The position numbers were made by a program, and so were the translations under genes. A stretch of DNA of 64,000 nucleotides, from contig CAVUZH010000016.1 in NCBI GenBank assembly GCA_963745835.1, positions 160,001-224,000 of the forward strand, in the 5' to 3' direction. This DNA is from an uncultured delta proteobacterium. Lineage in GTDB: Bacteria; Desulfobacterota; Binatia; UBA9968. The notes under the pieces were generated by a model. That model saw only the letters and a program-made list of their open reading frames with translations, was not told where the DNA came from and ran no database searches. The stretch's first letter is position 1. The number at the start of each line of letters is the position of its first letter. Below, one piece after another: positions 18,138-28,148 of the stretch.

Positions 18138-19889
18138 TTATACCTGCGCAGAAGTAACGCTGGCCATCCTCGAGTCCAAGAGTTTGAGTTCGACGGTCGA
18201 GTTTCCATTCCATACATTTTCACTCAGTCGGTAAACTAGGTCGACCATCGCACCAGGCCGCGCCGCAAAGTCTTCTTTTAAGCCAAACGCAACGCCGCTG
18301 ACAAACCGCCCTGCCTGCCTAAAGCGAAAGCGTGCTCCCAACGAGAAGTCCTTCCGTTCACAGACTTCGATGCCTTGGCTTAAAAAGATCGGTTCAGGAT
18401 TGCCCACGCCGAACGGTTTCAAAACATCGATCTCGCGCAAGAGTGGATGGCCGATTTCGGCAAAATTGAGCTGAGCATCGATTTCCAAGAACGGCACCAG
18501 AGCTTCGTCCGACAGGACAGCGCGCGCCGCTTCGTCGAAAGCCTCGATGAAGCTCGGAAGATTCTCCTCTTTGATAGTCAGGCCGCCGGCATACTCGTGA
18601 CCGCCGAATTTTTCCAGGAGATAGCCGCAGCGACGAAGTCCCTCCACCATATGAAAGCCGCGGATGCTGCGCGCCGATCCCTTTCCTTCGCCTCCGTGAA
18701 AACCCAGCACTATGGTTGGACGATGAAATCTCTCCACCACCCGGGAGGCGACAATGCCGAGCACACCAGGATGCCAACCTTCGCCGCTCAAGACTAATGA
18801 ATATCGCCTGCGCTCGATGACTTTCCCGGCTTGTTCCAGGGCAGTTTGCAGCACCTCCGCCTCCATCGTCCGCCGCTCGCGATTATGCACGTCAAGCTCC
18901 TGAGCAATTCGCAGCGCCACTTCGGGCGATTCTGTCGTGAGCAGTTCGATGACTTTGATGGCGGCGTCCATCCGTCCGGCGGCGTTAATACGCGGTCCCA
19001 ACTGAAAACCTACCTGTCCGGCAGTGACATCGCCCGGAGCGAATCCGGCGATTTGCTTCAATGCGATAACCCCCGGCCGCGTTGAAGAGCCGAGCGCTGT
19101 TAAACCTCGCTTGACCAGAGTACGGTTAACGCCCTTGAGCGGCACCATATCGGCAATAGTTCCCAATGCGACGATATCGAGATGACGACGAAGGTCGGGA
19201 TCACCGGAAGCGCGGAACCAGCCTGCATCACGAAGCCGGGCCCGCAGCGCGATCACCACATAGAAAGCTAAACCTGCGGCGCAAAGTCCTTTGTCGGGAA
19301 ACGCACAATCGCTGCGGTGTGGGTTGACAACCGCTATCGCTGGAGGAAGTTGCTCAGGCGGCTGATGATGGTCGACGATAACGATGTCGACGCCAATTTC
19401 ACGCGCCTCAGCAACTTCCTTGAAGTTTGAAATTCCCGAATCGACCGTCACCACCAGGCGAACGCCGCGCTCTTTGAGCCGCCGCAATCCTTCGATATTG
19501 AGGCCGTAGCCTTCCTCAATTCGGTGAGGAACATAAAAGATCGCTTCGACGCCGATCTCGCGCAAGAATGAGACGAGCACCGACGCTCCGGTGGTGCCGT
19601 CAACGTCGTAGTCGCCCCAGATGCTGATTGATTCCGATGCCTGAATGGCGCGAACAATCCGGTCTACTGCAGCATCCATGTCGGCCATCAAGAACGGCGA
19701 TGGCAGATCGGAACGGAGGCTGGAAGAAAGATAGCATTTAGCGGCTTCAATCGCGGTGAGATCGCGCAGCGCAATCACGCGAGCCAACAGCGCCGATAGC
19801 TTAAGCTCGTCACAACATCGGTTGACGAAGGCTTGATCGGGCTGTCTAAGAATCCACCTTTTCCGGAGTTCCTCGTACATAGTTGTCAT
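18138..19889 (-). CDS. recJ: ssDNA exonuclease RecJ
   Basis: GDYDVDG, TVDSG, DHH, GTIADMVPL, PRINAAGR, GGH.AGG, PFGVGNPEP. Confidence 0.97.
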   Translation of the reverse strand: MTTMYEELRKRWILRQPDQAFVNRCCDELKLSALLARVIALRDLTAIEAAKCYLSSSLRSDLPSPFLMADMDAAVDRIVRAIQASESISIWGDYDVDGTTGASVLVSFLREIGVEAIFYVPHRIEEGYGLNIEGLRRLKERGVRLVVTVDSGISNFKEVAEAREIGVDIVIVDHHQPPEQLPPAIAVVNPHRSDCAFPDKGLCAAGLAFYVVIALRARLRDAGWFRASGDPDLRRHLDIVALGTIADMVPLKGVNRTLVKRGLTALGSSTRPGVIALKQIAGFAPGDVTAGQVGFQLGPRINAAGRMDAAIKVIELLTTESPEVALRIAQELDVHNRERRTMEAEVLQTALEQAGKVIERRRYSLVLSGEGWHPGVLGIVASRVVERFHRPTIVLGFHGGEGKGSARSIRGFHMVEGLRRCGYLLEKFGGHEYAGGLTIKEENLPSFIEAFDEAARAVLSDEALVPFLEIDAQLNFAEIGHPLLREIDVLKPFGVGNPEPIFLSQGIEVCERKDFSLGARFRFRQAGRFVSGVAFGLKEDFAARPGAMVDLVYRLSENVWNGNSTVELKLLDSRMASVTSAQV

Positions 19890-19994
19890 GAAGCAAAGAA
19901 TAGGAGAGAAATGGACGGCGGTCGGTTGGCCTCAGTATTCAATCGGGGAGTTGAACCATTGGAGTTTCTGGTGTCGATTGTTCCTATCACCAGA

Positions 19995-20897
19995 TTATTT
20001 TTTCACCGGCTTCTTCTCCCACATTAAGATCACCGGACTGGCAATGAAGATCGTCGAATAAACCCCGGAGATAAAGCCCACCAAGAGAGTAAAAGCGAAC
20101 GGCCGGATCACCGCGCCACCCAAAAGGTACAGAGAAACAAGCACTAGAAGGGCTGTGCCCGTGGTCAGAATAGTTCGGCTGAGAGTCTCGTTGATGCTGA
20201 TATTGATGATCCCCTCGAGGGTTTCCCGCTTGATCTTGCGCATGTTTTCTCGAATACGATCGCAGATCACCACCGTATCGTTGACGGAAAACCCGACAAT
20301 TGTCAGCAGCGCCGCAATGATGGTCAGGTCAAATTCGTAATTGGCTAACATGAGAGCGCCCACGGCGACGAGAACGTCATGCGCCAGAGCAATCACGGCG
20401 CCGATACCGAATCGAAGATCGAAACGAAACCAGATGTATATGCCCATCATAATCGTGGCAACGATAACCGACAACGCGCCGCGTTGGCGCAGATCTTCGC
20501 CGATTTTCGGCCCCACGGACTCGATTCGACGCACCTCGAATTGGTCAGCGCCGAACTGATCAGTTAAAACTTTTTTGATCTGCTCACCGAGCACGCCGAT
20601 CTCAACCGAGGTCTGGTCCAAGCGAACCAGGTACTCGTTCGAGCCGGGTTGACCAAAGTCTTGTATAACGCTTCCACCGAGATCCATTTTTTCGAATGCC
20701 TGACGAACGTCCGGTATGGTCACGTTTTGCTGAAACTTGAGGTGCACCATCGTACCACCGGCAAAGTCGACCCCTAAATTAGGACCCTTCACAAACAGCA
20801 TGATCAAAACGGCAAGGTTCACGATCGTCGAGATGATAATGGCAATCTTACGGTAGCGGGTAAATGGAATCTTTAACCCAGGTTTGATGAGCTCCAT
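19995..20897 (-). CDS. secF: Protein translocase subunit SecF
   Basis: LGVDFAGG, VGPKIG, GFSVNDTVVICDRIRE, TLSRT. Confidence 0.97.
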   Translation of the reverse strand: MELIKPGLKIPFTRYRKIAIIISTIVNLAVLIMLFVKGPNLGVDFAGGTMVHLKFQQNVTIPDVRQAFEKMDLGGSVIQDFGQPGSNEYLVRLDQTSVEIGVLGEQIKKVLTDQFGADQFEVRRIESVGPKIGEDLRQRGALSVIVATIMMGIYIWFRFDLRFGIGAVIALAHDVLVAVGALMLANYEFDLTIIAALLTIVGFSVNDTVVICDRIRENMRKIKRETLEGIINISINETLSRTILTTGTALLVLVSLYLLGGAVIRPFAFTLLVGFISGVYSTIFIASPVILMWEKKPVKK

Positions 20898-20903
20898 ACT
20901 TCC

Positions 20904-22505
20904 TCAAATGCTGACCCGCGCGAGCTTGCGAGAATTCGCGCGATAATCGTAATAAATCCGGGTCAGGTAAACCGCGGTGATAACTGTGGTGAGAATCCCG
21001 ACACATAGAGTAACGGCAAAGCCTTTGATAGGGCCGGTGCCAAACTGAAACAAGATCACTCCGGAAAGGAAAGTCGTAACGTTGGAATCCAGGATAGCCG
21101 GCAACGCGTGCTGGTAGCCTGCCTCAACAGCCGAACGCGGCGCGCGCCCGGCTCGAAGCTCCTCGCGGATGCGTTCATTGATCAAAACGTTGGCGTCCAC
21201 GGCCATGCCGACAGTGAGAACGATACCGGCGATACCCGGCAGGGTTAAGACTGCTTGAAAGCCGGCCAGAATTGCAATGAGAAACAGGACATTGAACAGC
21301 AATGCCATCACCGCGACCACCCCAGCGCCCTTGTAGTAGGCGATCATAAAAACGATCACCAAGGCGCCCCCAATGATGAAAGAATTGACCCCTTGTCGGA
21401 TGGAGTCTTGGCCAAGGGATGGGCCCACCGTTCGTTCTTCAACAATCTCGACCGGTGCGGGAAGCGCGCCGGCCCGCAGAATGATTGCCAGGTCGCGCGC
21501 CTCTTTAATATCGAAGCTGCCGGTAATCGAGGCTCTCCCGCCGCCGATTCGTTCCTGAATAACAGGCGCTGAGTAAACCCGGTTATCGAGCACGATTGCC
21601 AAGCGCCGGCGAACATTGGCGCCGGTAATTTGTTCGAATAGACGTGAGCCGCTGGCGTTCAAGATCAGTTCCACATAAGGTCCCTGCAGTTGAGTGCTCG
21701 GCCGCACCCGCGCATCAGCGATATATTCACCAGTCATGAGCGTACGTGATTCCACGACATAGGCTGTTCTTGGCGCGCCGCTGCCGCCCTCGCCTTTGTC
21801 ACCGTAACCATAGAGAACCTGACGTCCCGGCGGGGGACCGGTGCGGATCGCGCTTTCGACATCGGCATTGTCATCGACTAATTTGAACTCAAGCAGAGCC
21901 GTCTTACCGATAATCTCCTTGGCCCGATCCGGGTCCTGGATTCCCGGGAGTTGGATGAGAATATCCTGTTGTCCCTGACGTTGGATGATCGGTTCGCTGA
22001 CGCCGAACTGATCGATTCGATTGCGTATAGTTTCGAGGGATTGATCAACCGCAAAATCGCGCACCGCGCGCAGCTCTTCTTTGCTGAGGGTTAAGAAGAA
22101 CTCAGTTGTGCCGGCCGTGGTCTGAGTATTGACCACAGTTAAATTAGGAAAATCTCCCTTCAGAACCCCGCGTACCCGGTCGACACTCTCCGCCGGCGCT
22201 CTTACCTGCAGCTGTGTTCCTTGAACACGCTCGATCGAAATGTTTGAGAGACCGCGTTCACGAAAAAGATTAAGGAGATCATTCCTGACCCGTTCGATGT
22301 TATGCTCAACCGCTTTGTCAACTTGTACTTCCAAGACTAAATGAGTGCCGCCTTGCAAGTCCAATCCCAAATGGATCTTCTCCGAAGGCAGAATACTGCT
22401 CCACCATGACGGCAAGGGGTCAACGAAGTTCGGAAGCAGGTAAATGATCGCAGCCAGAGCCGCAACCGCAAACATAATGAAACGAGCCAAAACACCCCGC
22501 CGCAT
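20904..22505 (-). CDS. secD: Protein translocase subunit SecD
   Basis: LGLDLQGG, RIDQFGVSEP, VGPSLG, GMAVDANVLINERIREE. Confidence 0.97.
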   Translation of the reverse strand: MRRGVLARFIMFAVAALAAIIYLLPNFVDPLPSWWSSILPSEKIHLGLDLQGGTHLVLEVQVDKAVEHNIERVRNDLLNLFRERGLSNISIERVQGTQLQVRAPAESVDRVRGVLKGDFPNLTVVNTQTTAGTTEFFLTLSKEELRAVRDFAVDQSLETIRNRIDQFGVSEPIIQRQGQQDILIQLPGIQDPDRAKEIIGKTALLEFKLVDDNADVESAIRTGPPPGRQVLYGYGDKGEGGSGAPRTAYVVESRTLMTGEYIADARVRPSTQLQGPYVELILNASGSRLFEQITGANVRRRLAIVLDNRVYSAPVIQERIGGGRASITGSFDIKEARDLAIILRAGALPAPVEIVEERTVGPSLGQDSIRQGVNSFIIGGALVIVFMIAYYKGAGVVAVMALLFNVLFLIAILAGFQAVLTLPGIAGIVLTVGMAVDANVLINERIREELRAGRAPRSAVEAGYQHALPAILDSNVTTFLSGVILFQFGTGPIKGFAVTLCVGILTTVITAVYLTRIYYDYRANSRKLARVSI

Positions 22506-22507
22506 GG

Positions 22508-22843
22508 CTACTCCTTTGAATCCTTTGCCATCGTTTTTTCGCCCGTCAGTACGGCAGAAATTTGTGGCCGGTTGACGCGGACCCGCACGTTGGGCGCGAT
22601 CTCGAGAGTGACGATGTTCTCGGTTAGGGCCGTAACTTTACCGTAAATTCCTCCCGAGGTCATCACCTCGTCGTTCTTTTTGAGCTTGCTTAGCATCTGT
22701 TGATGCTCTTTAGACTTTTTCTGCTGCGGCCGAATCAGCAAGAAATAGAAAATGATGAAAACCAGCACCAGCGGCAAAAAGCTGATCAACTGGCTCGGAC
22801 TGCCAAGACCCGGACCGGTTTGAGCAAATGCAATGTCGAACAT
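22508..22843 (-). CDS. yajC: Preprotein translocase subunit YajC
   Basis: FYFLLIRPQQKK, VMTSGGIYG; canonical position between tgt and secD. Confidence 0.96.
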   Translation of the reverse strand: MFDIAFAQTGPGLGSPSQLISFLPLVLVFIIFYFLLIRPQQKKSKEHQQMLSKLKKNDEVMTSGGIYGKVTALTENIVTLEIAPNVRVRVNRPQISAVLTGEKTMAKDSKE

Positions 22844-22871
22844 AATTCCTCCTGTAAGTTCTCCTCACAGA

Positions 22872-23969
22872 TTAGGGTGTCGGCCTGCTGATTTCAAAAT
22901 CAGTCCGGTCGTCGCGGATCATTTCACGACACCTTTTCATAAGGCGGTGGTAAAAGTAAAGATTATGCAGGCTATTTAGCTGAGATGAGAGAATTTCCCC
23001 CGCCATATAGAGATGGCGCAGATAGGCTCGTGAAAAATTTCGGCATGTATAGCACTCGCACAATTCATCCAACGGCCGCGGATCTCGCGCGAAATCGGCG
23101 CGCTTGATGTTGACCTTGCCCCCAGAGGTAAAGAGAGTTCCGTTGCGTGCGTTGCGCGTCGGAATAACACAATCGAACATATCAAAACCGGCGCGTATGG
23201 CATTGATGATGTCTTCGGGCCGGCCCACGCCCATGAGATAGCGCGGCCGATCCTTCGGCAGCAGTTCCGCCGTGTAGGCGCTGATCGCCTGCAATGTCGT
23301 CTCTCCTTCGCCAACACCCAAGCCGCCCACCGCAAAACCTTCGAAAGGCATGACCCTCATCTTATCAACACACCATCGACGGAGATCTTCATGCATCCCG
23401 CCCTGGATGATGCCGAACAACAACTGATCTTTGGAAGCTCGCGCTCTCAAGCACCTTTCCGCCCAACGAACCGTCCGCTCGGTAGAACTCCGCACATAGT
23501 CGCGATCGGCGTCGTGCGGAATGCATTCATCTAAAATCATGGCAATATCGCTGCCCAGCATCTCCTGAATCTCCACGACCTTTTCCGGCGTGAGCATGTG
23601 GTAAGAACCGTCCAGTTGCGATTGGAAGCGCACACCCTCTTCGGAAAGCTTGCGCGTCGCGCCTAAGCTAAATACCTGATAGCCGCCGCTGTCGGTCAGG
23701 ATCGGACCATCCCACCCCATGAACTTGTGCAAACCGCCGAGCTGCTTAATCAGTTCCGCGCCCGGTCGTACGTGGAGATGATAGGTATTGCCGAGCAGGA
23801 TTTGACAGCCCATCTCCTTTAGATCTCTCGGCAAGACGGCTTTGACACTTCCCTGCGTCCCGACGGGCATGAAGCACGGCGTTTCGATCATGCCGTGCGC
23901 GGTTTCTAAATGGCCCAGCCGAGCTTCGCTTCTCGAGTCCTTTTTTATCAAGGTAAATCGATTGAACAT
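22872..23969 (-). CDS. tgt: tRNA-guanine(34) transglycosylase
   Basis: FMPVGT, NTYHL, TDSGGYQVFSL, LDEC, GLGVGE, PRYLMGVG, zinc site CECYTC...HN. Confidence 0.97.
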   Translation of the reverse strand: MFNRFTLIKKDSRSEARLGHLETAHGMIETPCFMPVGTQGSVKAVLPRDLKEMGCQILLGNTYHLHVRPGAELIKQLGGLHKFMGWDGPILTDSGGYQVFSLGATRKLSEEGVRFQSQLDGSYHMLTPEKVVEIQEMLGSDIAMILDECIPHDADRDYVRSSTERTVRWAERCLRARASKDQLLFGIIQGGMHEDLRRWCVDKMRVMPFEGFAVGGLGVGEGETTLQAISAYTAELLPKDRPRYLMGVGRPEDIINAIRAGFDMFDCVIPTRNARNGTLFTSGGKVNIKRADFARDPRPLDELCECYTCRNFSRAYLRHLYMAGEILSSQLNSLHNLYFYHRLMKRCREMIRDDRTDFEISRPTP

Positions 23970-24065
23970 GATTTGAAGCGCGGGACCTGTGAGTGAAAAT
24001 AGATTAGGAATTGGTTGCTAATCGACTCAGCAAGGATCATCTACCGCCGCCGCACCAGTATGCTT

Positions 24066-25121
24066 TCACAAAATCAGCATGGCATCGCCATAGCTGTAAA
24101 ATCGATAGCGCTTTTGGATGGCTTCGGCATATGCTTTACGGATCAACTCCAGGCCGGCAAGAGCGGTGACGATTAACAGGGGAGTCGATCGCGGCAGGTG
24201 AAAATTGGTTATCAAAGCATCGATGACTCGGAATCGGTCGCCCGGACGTATGAAGAGTCGCGCAATCCCCTCATCCGCCTCCACCTTGCCTTTCTGCAGT
24301 GCCACCCATTCCAGCGTGCGGGTGGTGGTCGATCCCACCGCGACCACACGGCGGCCAACGTCCTTGGCGCGCTGAATCTGAGAGGCCGCTTCGGCCGGAA
24401 GAATGTAACGCTCGCCTTCCATCCGATGGCTTTCGACTTTCTCGCTACGTATCGGTTCGAAAGTACCTGGGCCGACGTGCAGCGTCAACAGAGCCCTATG
24501 GACTCCTTGCGCGTCCAACCTGTCGAGCAACTCCGGAGTGAAGTGAAATCCCGCGGTAGGAGCCGCTATAGCCCCGGGATGGGCCGCATAGATCGTTTGA
24601 TATCGTTGCCAATCCAAGCTCGCAGCAGCGCGACGGCGCCGCACGTAGGGCGGTAACGGGGGCTCGCCGATTGCGGCTAGTTGCGCATCAAACTCACCAC
24701 TATGATGAAATTCCAAGCCGAAGCGGCCGCGACCGATATCGCCAATCACCTCGGCGGTTACGCCGGCGAAAATAAGTCGGCTTCCTACTTTGGGCTTTTT
24801 GGCGGCATTAATTAATGCAATCCAAAGACTGCGCTTATCAGGGAAGCGCTCGAGCAACAGGACTTCCACCTTGCCACCGCTTTCCTTAGCGCCATGCAAC
24901 CGTGCGGGAAATACCCGGGTATCATTGAGAACCAGCACATCGCCGGGATCGAGAAAATTGCCCAATTCGGAAAAATGCGTGTGAATGAGCTCGCCGCTCT
25001 GTCGGCGGATCACGAGCAGGCGAGAGTCTTCCCGATTGCCGCTGGGAAATGCCGCAATGAGAGATTCGGGCAGCTCATAGGAAAACTCTTGAACATCCAT
25101 TTCAATGGACCGGCAAAGCAA
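24066..25121 (-). CDS. queA: S-adenosylmethionine:tRNA ribosyltransferase-isomerase
   Basis: NDTRVFPARL, PLPPY, AAPTAGFHF, LHVGPGTF, TNFHLPRST, YRFYSYGDAM. Confidence 0.97.
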   Translation of the reverse strand: MLCRSIEMDVQEFSYELPESLIAAFPSGNREDSRLLVIRRQSGELIHTHFSELGNFLDPGDVLVLNDTRVFPARLHGAKESGGKVEVLLLERFPDKRSLWIALINAAKKPKVGSRLIFAGVTAEVIGDIGRGRFGLEFHHSGEFDAQLAAIGEPPLPPYVRRRRAAASLDWQRYQTIYAAHPGAIAAPTAGFHFTPELLDRLDAQGVHRALLTLHVGPGTFEPIRSEKVESHRMEGERYILPAEAASQIQRAKDVGRRVVAVGSTTTRTLEWVALQKGKVEADEGIARLFIRPGDRFRVIDALITNFHLPRSTPLLIVTALAGLELIRKAYAEAIQKRYRFYSYGDAMLIL

Positions 25122-25182
25122 TACCTGGCGAAAGCAATCTTCAACGCCGCGGAATCAAACATTGCGGCGCTAATTTGGATCA

Positions 25183-25941
25183 TCAAGTCTGATTGGATTT
25201 GTTGAGAAACGGCGCCAATAGATCGATGGGCACAGGGAAGATGGTTGTAGAATTTTTTTCTGAGGCAATTTCGACCAGGCTCTGGAGAAAGCGGAGCTGT
25301 AACGCCATTGGCTGCTTCGACATGACTTCGGCAGCGTCCAAGAGCTTCTGCGATGCTTGAAATTCGCCCTCGGCATGAATCACTTTCGCGCGCCTTTCCC
25401 TCTCCGCTTCCGCTTGCTTGGCCATCGCTCGCTGCATCTCCTGAGGAAGATCGATGTGCTTGAGCTCAACTAGCACGACTTTTATTCCCCACGGATCGGT
25501 CTGCTTATCCAAGATATCTTGAATGCGAGTGTTGATCTTCTCTCGTTCGGCCAGAAGCTCGTCCAACTCTCCTTGACCGCAAACGCTGCGCAGGGTGACT
25601 TGGGCAAGTTGGGATGTTGCGAACAGGTAATTTTCCACTTCCCTGACCGCTAAATTCGGGTCCAGCACCCTAAAATAAAGCACCGCGTTCACTTTCACCG
25701 AGACGTTGTCACGGGTAATCACATCCTGGGGTGGAATATCCATAGTCACTGTCCGCAAATCCATCTTGACCATCTTTTCGATGCCGGGAATGATATAGAC
25801 CAATCCTGGCCCGCGCGCGCCGACCATTCGGCCAAGCCGAAACACAACACCACGTTCGTACTCCTTGAGAACCTTCACGCCACTGATGATCGCAGCGATG
25901 ATGATGATTAAAAACGTGATCGGGGCGCCTATTCCGAACAT
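25183..25941 (-). CDS. Slipin (SPFH/stomatin-like) protein
   Basis: [36 protein letters not shown]. Confidence 0.95.
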   Translation of the reverse strand: MFGIGAPITFLIIIIAAIISGVKVLKEYERGVVFRLGRMVGARGPGLVYIIPGIEKMVKMDLRTVTMDIPPQDVITRDNVSVKVNAVLYFRVLDPNLAVREVENYLFATSQLAQVTLRSVCGQGELDELLAEREKINTRIQDILDKQTDPWGIKVVLVELKHIDLPQEMQRAMAKQAEAERERRAKVIHAEGEFQASQKLLDAAEVMSKQPMALQLRFLQSLVEIASEKNSTTIFPVPIDLLAPFLNKSNQT

Positions 25942-25959
25942 AATACCTCCTCCGCTAAG

Positions 25960-27273
25960 TCACGAAGCTCTGTCCTGAAGCCGCTTCACCTTGAGATTCA
26001 TTCCGTCGTAGCCGACGATTTGAACCTTGTCACCGACATCGATCTGTCCATCCGTTTGTGTTTGAGCATTCCAGTATTCCCCGTGGACGAATACTTTCCC
26101 TGAGGGACTTAGTTTTGCCCTGACCTCGCCGATTTCACCGATTAGTCCGTCCATACCCAGCGTGGGTTTGGCTTTCTGGGAGCGAAAAACCAGGTAACCG
26201 ATCGCAAGAACAAGGGCCGCCATTGTCGCTACAGCGGTATAAATGATCGTCCGATCGATGGTTAGGTCCGAATTCGGCGTGTCGAAAAGCAAGAACGAGC
26301 CTAGTGCCAGAGAGATAACCCCGCCGATGCCAAGTATGCCGAAACTCGGCATGAACGCTTCACCGACCAAAAGCGCAATGCCGAGAAGGATCAAAAATAA
26401 ACCGGCATAATTGAAAGAAAGAAGCTGCAATGAGATCAACGCCATCACCAGGCAGATAGCGCCGGTCACTCCGGGGAACATAACCCCGGGATTGGAGAAC
26501 TCCATGTAGAGACCAAGGATGCCGGCCATCAGCAGCATGTAGGCGATGTTCGGATCAGCAATGGCGTTGACGATTTTCTGTTTGAGACTCATCTCATGGC
26601 GCACGACGTTAACGCCTTTGACGGAAAGCGTCGTCATGCGCCCGTCCAGATCCACTTTACGACCGTCGGCTTGCTTCAGTAAATCATCGATGTCTTTGGC
26701 AATAATGTCGATGACCTTTTTCTTGAGCGCGTCGGTCTCGGTAATCGAGACACTCCGGCGCACCGCCTCGATTGCCCACTCGGTATTGCGGCCGCGTTTT
26801 TGCGCGATAGTTTCGCTAAACGATGCGGTGAAGTTTTCGATTTTTTCACCCATCACTCCTTTCACTTCCTGTCCTCCGCCCGCTACCGGGTGAGCCGCGC
26901 CGATGTTGGTGGCCGGGGCCATCGCGGCAATATGCGCCGCCATCGTGATGAAGACCCCGGCCGATCCCGCGCCAGCGCCACTGGGCGCTACATGGACCAT
27001 GATCGGAACCTGCGCGCTAAGCATCTCCTTTACGATTGTCCGGGTGGAGCTCAAAAGGCCGCCGGGAGTATCGAGCTGAATGATCAGCGCCCGAGCTCCA
27101 TTCGATTTCGCCCGGCTAATGCTCTCGCGAATGAAATCGTCCACTGCCGGATTGATCGAACCATCGATTACGATCAGATCAACGTGCGGCGCCGACGACT
27201 CGTCTGGTTGTGCCAGCACAGACACCCCAAAAGCCAACAGAGATACAAAGAAAAAGATCTTAAGCGTTTTCAC
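25960..27273 (-). CDS. nfeD: NfeD membrane-bound serine protease (ClpP class)
   Basis: LDTPGG, GSAG, IGAAHP, C-terminal OB fold GKVFVHGEYWNA; paired with the slipin gene. Confidence 0.93.
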   Translation of the reverse strand: MKTLKIFFFVSLLAFGVSVLAQPDESSAPHVDLIVIDGSINPAVDDFIRESISRAKSNGARALIIQLDTPGGLLSSTRTIVKEMLSAQVPIMVHVAPSGAGAGSAGVFITMAAHIAAMAPATNIGAAHPVAGGGQEVKGVMGEKIENFTASFSETIAQKRGRNTEWAIEAVRRSVSITETDALKKKVIDIIAKDIDDLLKQADGRKVDLDGRMTTLSVKGVNVVRHEMSLKQKIVNAIADPNIAYMLLMAGILGLYMEFSNPGVMFPGVTGAICLVMALISLQLLSFNYAGLFLILLGIALLVGEAFMPSFGILGIGGVISLALGSFLLFDTPNSDLTIDRTIIYTAVATMAALVLAIGYLVFRSQKAKPTLGMDGLIGEIGEVRAKLSPSGKVFVHGEYWNAQTQTDGQIDVGDKVQIVGYDGMNLKVKRLQDRAS

Positions 27274-28021
27274 TTTGCATCTCTTTCATCACCTTTTTGA
27301 TGTCTTCCCAGACTAATTTCTTGTCGGCCGGGTTGCGCAACAGGTAGGCAGGGTGGAAAGTTGGCATCAACTTGATGCCCATATACGTGTGCCAATTGCC
27401 GCGCAACCGGGTAATCGGAACTTTGCTCTGGAGCAATGCTTGTACGGCGAATTTCCCCAAGGCGACAATAATTTTGGGCCGTATTAATTCGATTTGTTTT
27501 TTCAGAAAGGGCTCGCAAGAAGCAACTTCGTCGGGTTCCGGATTGCGATTCTCTGGCGGGCGGCACTTGACCACATTGGCAATGTAAACGTCTTCTCGGG
27601 TTAGGCCCATGCCCTTGGTGATGATGTCGGTAAGCAGCTGCCCGGCGCGCCCGACAAAAGGTTCGCCTTTGAGATCTTCGTCCCGTCCCGGGCCTTCGCC
27701 GACAAACATCAGCTTGGCATTCGGGTTACCGATCCCAAAAACCACGTGCGTTCGGCCTAAATGCAATTTACAGCGCCGACAGTCGCCGATATCATCGCGA
27801 AGTTCTTCAAGACTGCTCACTTCACCGCGATCGGAGTGCGTCGAGACTCGCTCCACCTTATCGGGCGCCGGCTCTTTACTTTCCATCGTCGTTGGCGTCA
27901 TCGTCGCAACCTCAGGTCGCGCGACGAACCGAACACCCATGCGTTGTTGCCGTTGTAAATGCCGGCGCAGGGAAATTACCAAAGTTGCGAGTTCGTCGCC
28001 TTCACTGGTGGACATGGACAC
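27260..28021 (-). CDS. Uracil-DNA glycosylase family 4 (Fe-S)
   Basis: CRRCKL, GEGPGRDED, PFVGRAG, NVVKCRPPENRNP, FHPAYLLRNP. Confidence 0.95.
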   Translation of the reverse strand: MSMSTSEGDELATLVISLRRHLQRQQRMGVRFVARPEVATMTPTTMESKEPAPDKVERVSTHSDRGEVSSLEELRDDIGDCRRCKLHLGRTHVVFGIGNPNAKLMFVGEGPGRDEDLKGEPFVGRAGQLLTDIITKGMGLTREDVYIANVVKCRPPENRNPEPDEVASCEPFLKKQIELIRPKIIVALGKFAVQALLQSKVPITRLRGNWHTYMGIKLMPTFHPAYLLRNPADKKLVWEDIKKVMKEMQSENA

Positions 28022-28148
28022 GGAATCCTCACCGAAGATCTTAACACCTGAGACTTGCGGCTATCAATGACAGAATCGCAATCACCCAGAGAAAGGGCGC
28101 TGATTAGATCGGCCGATAATCACGATACTAAAATGCTGGCCTTTAAGG

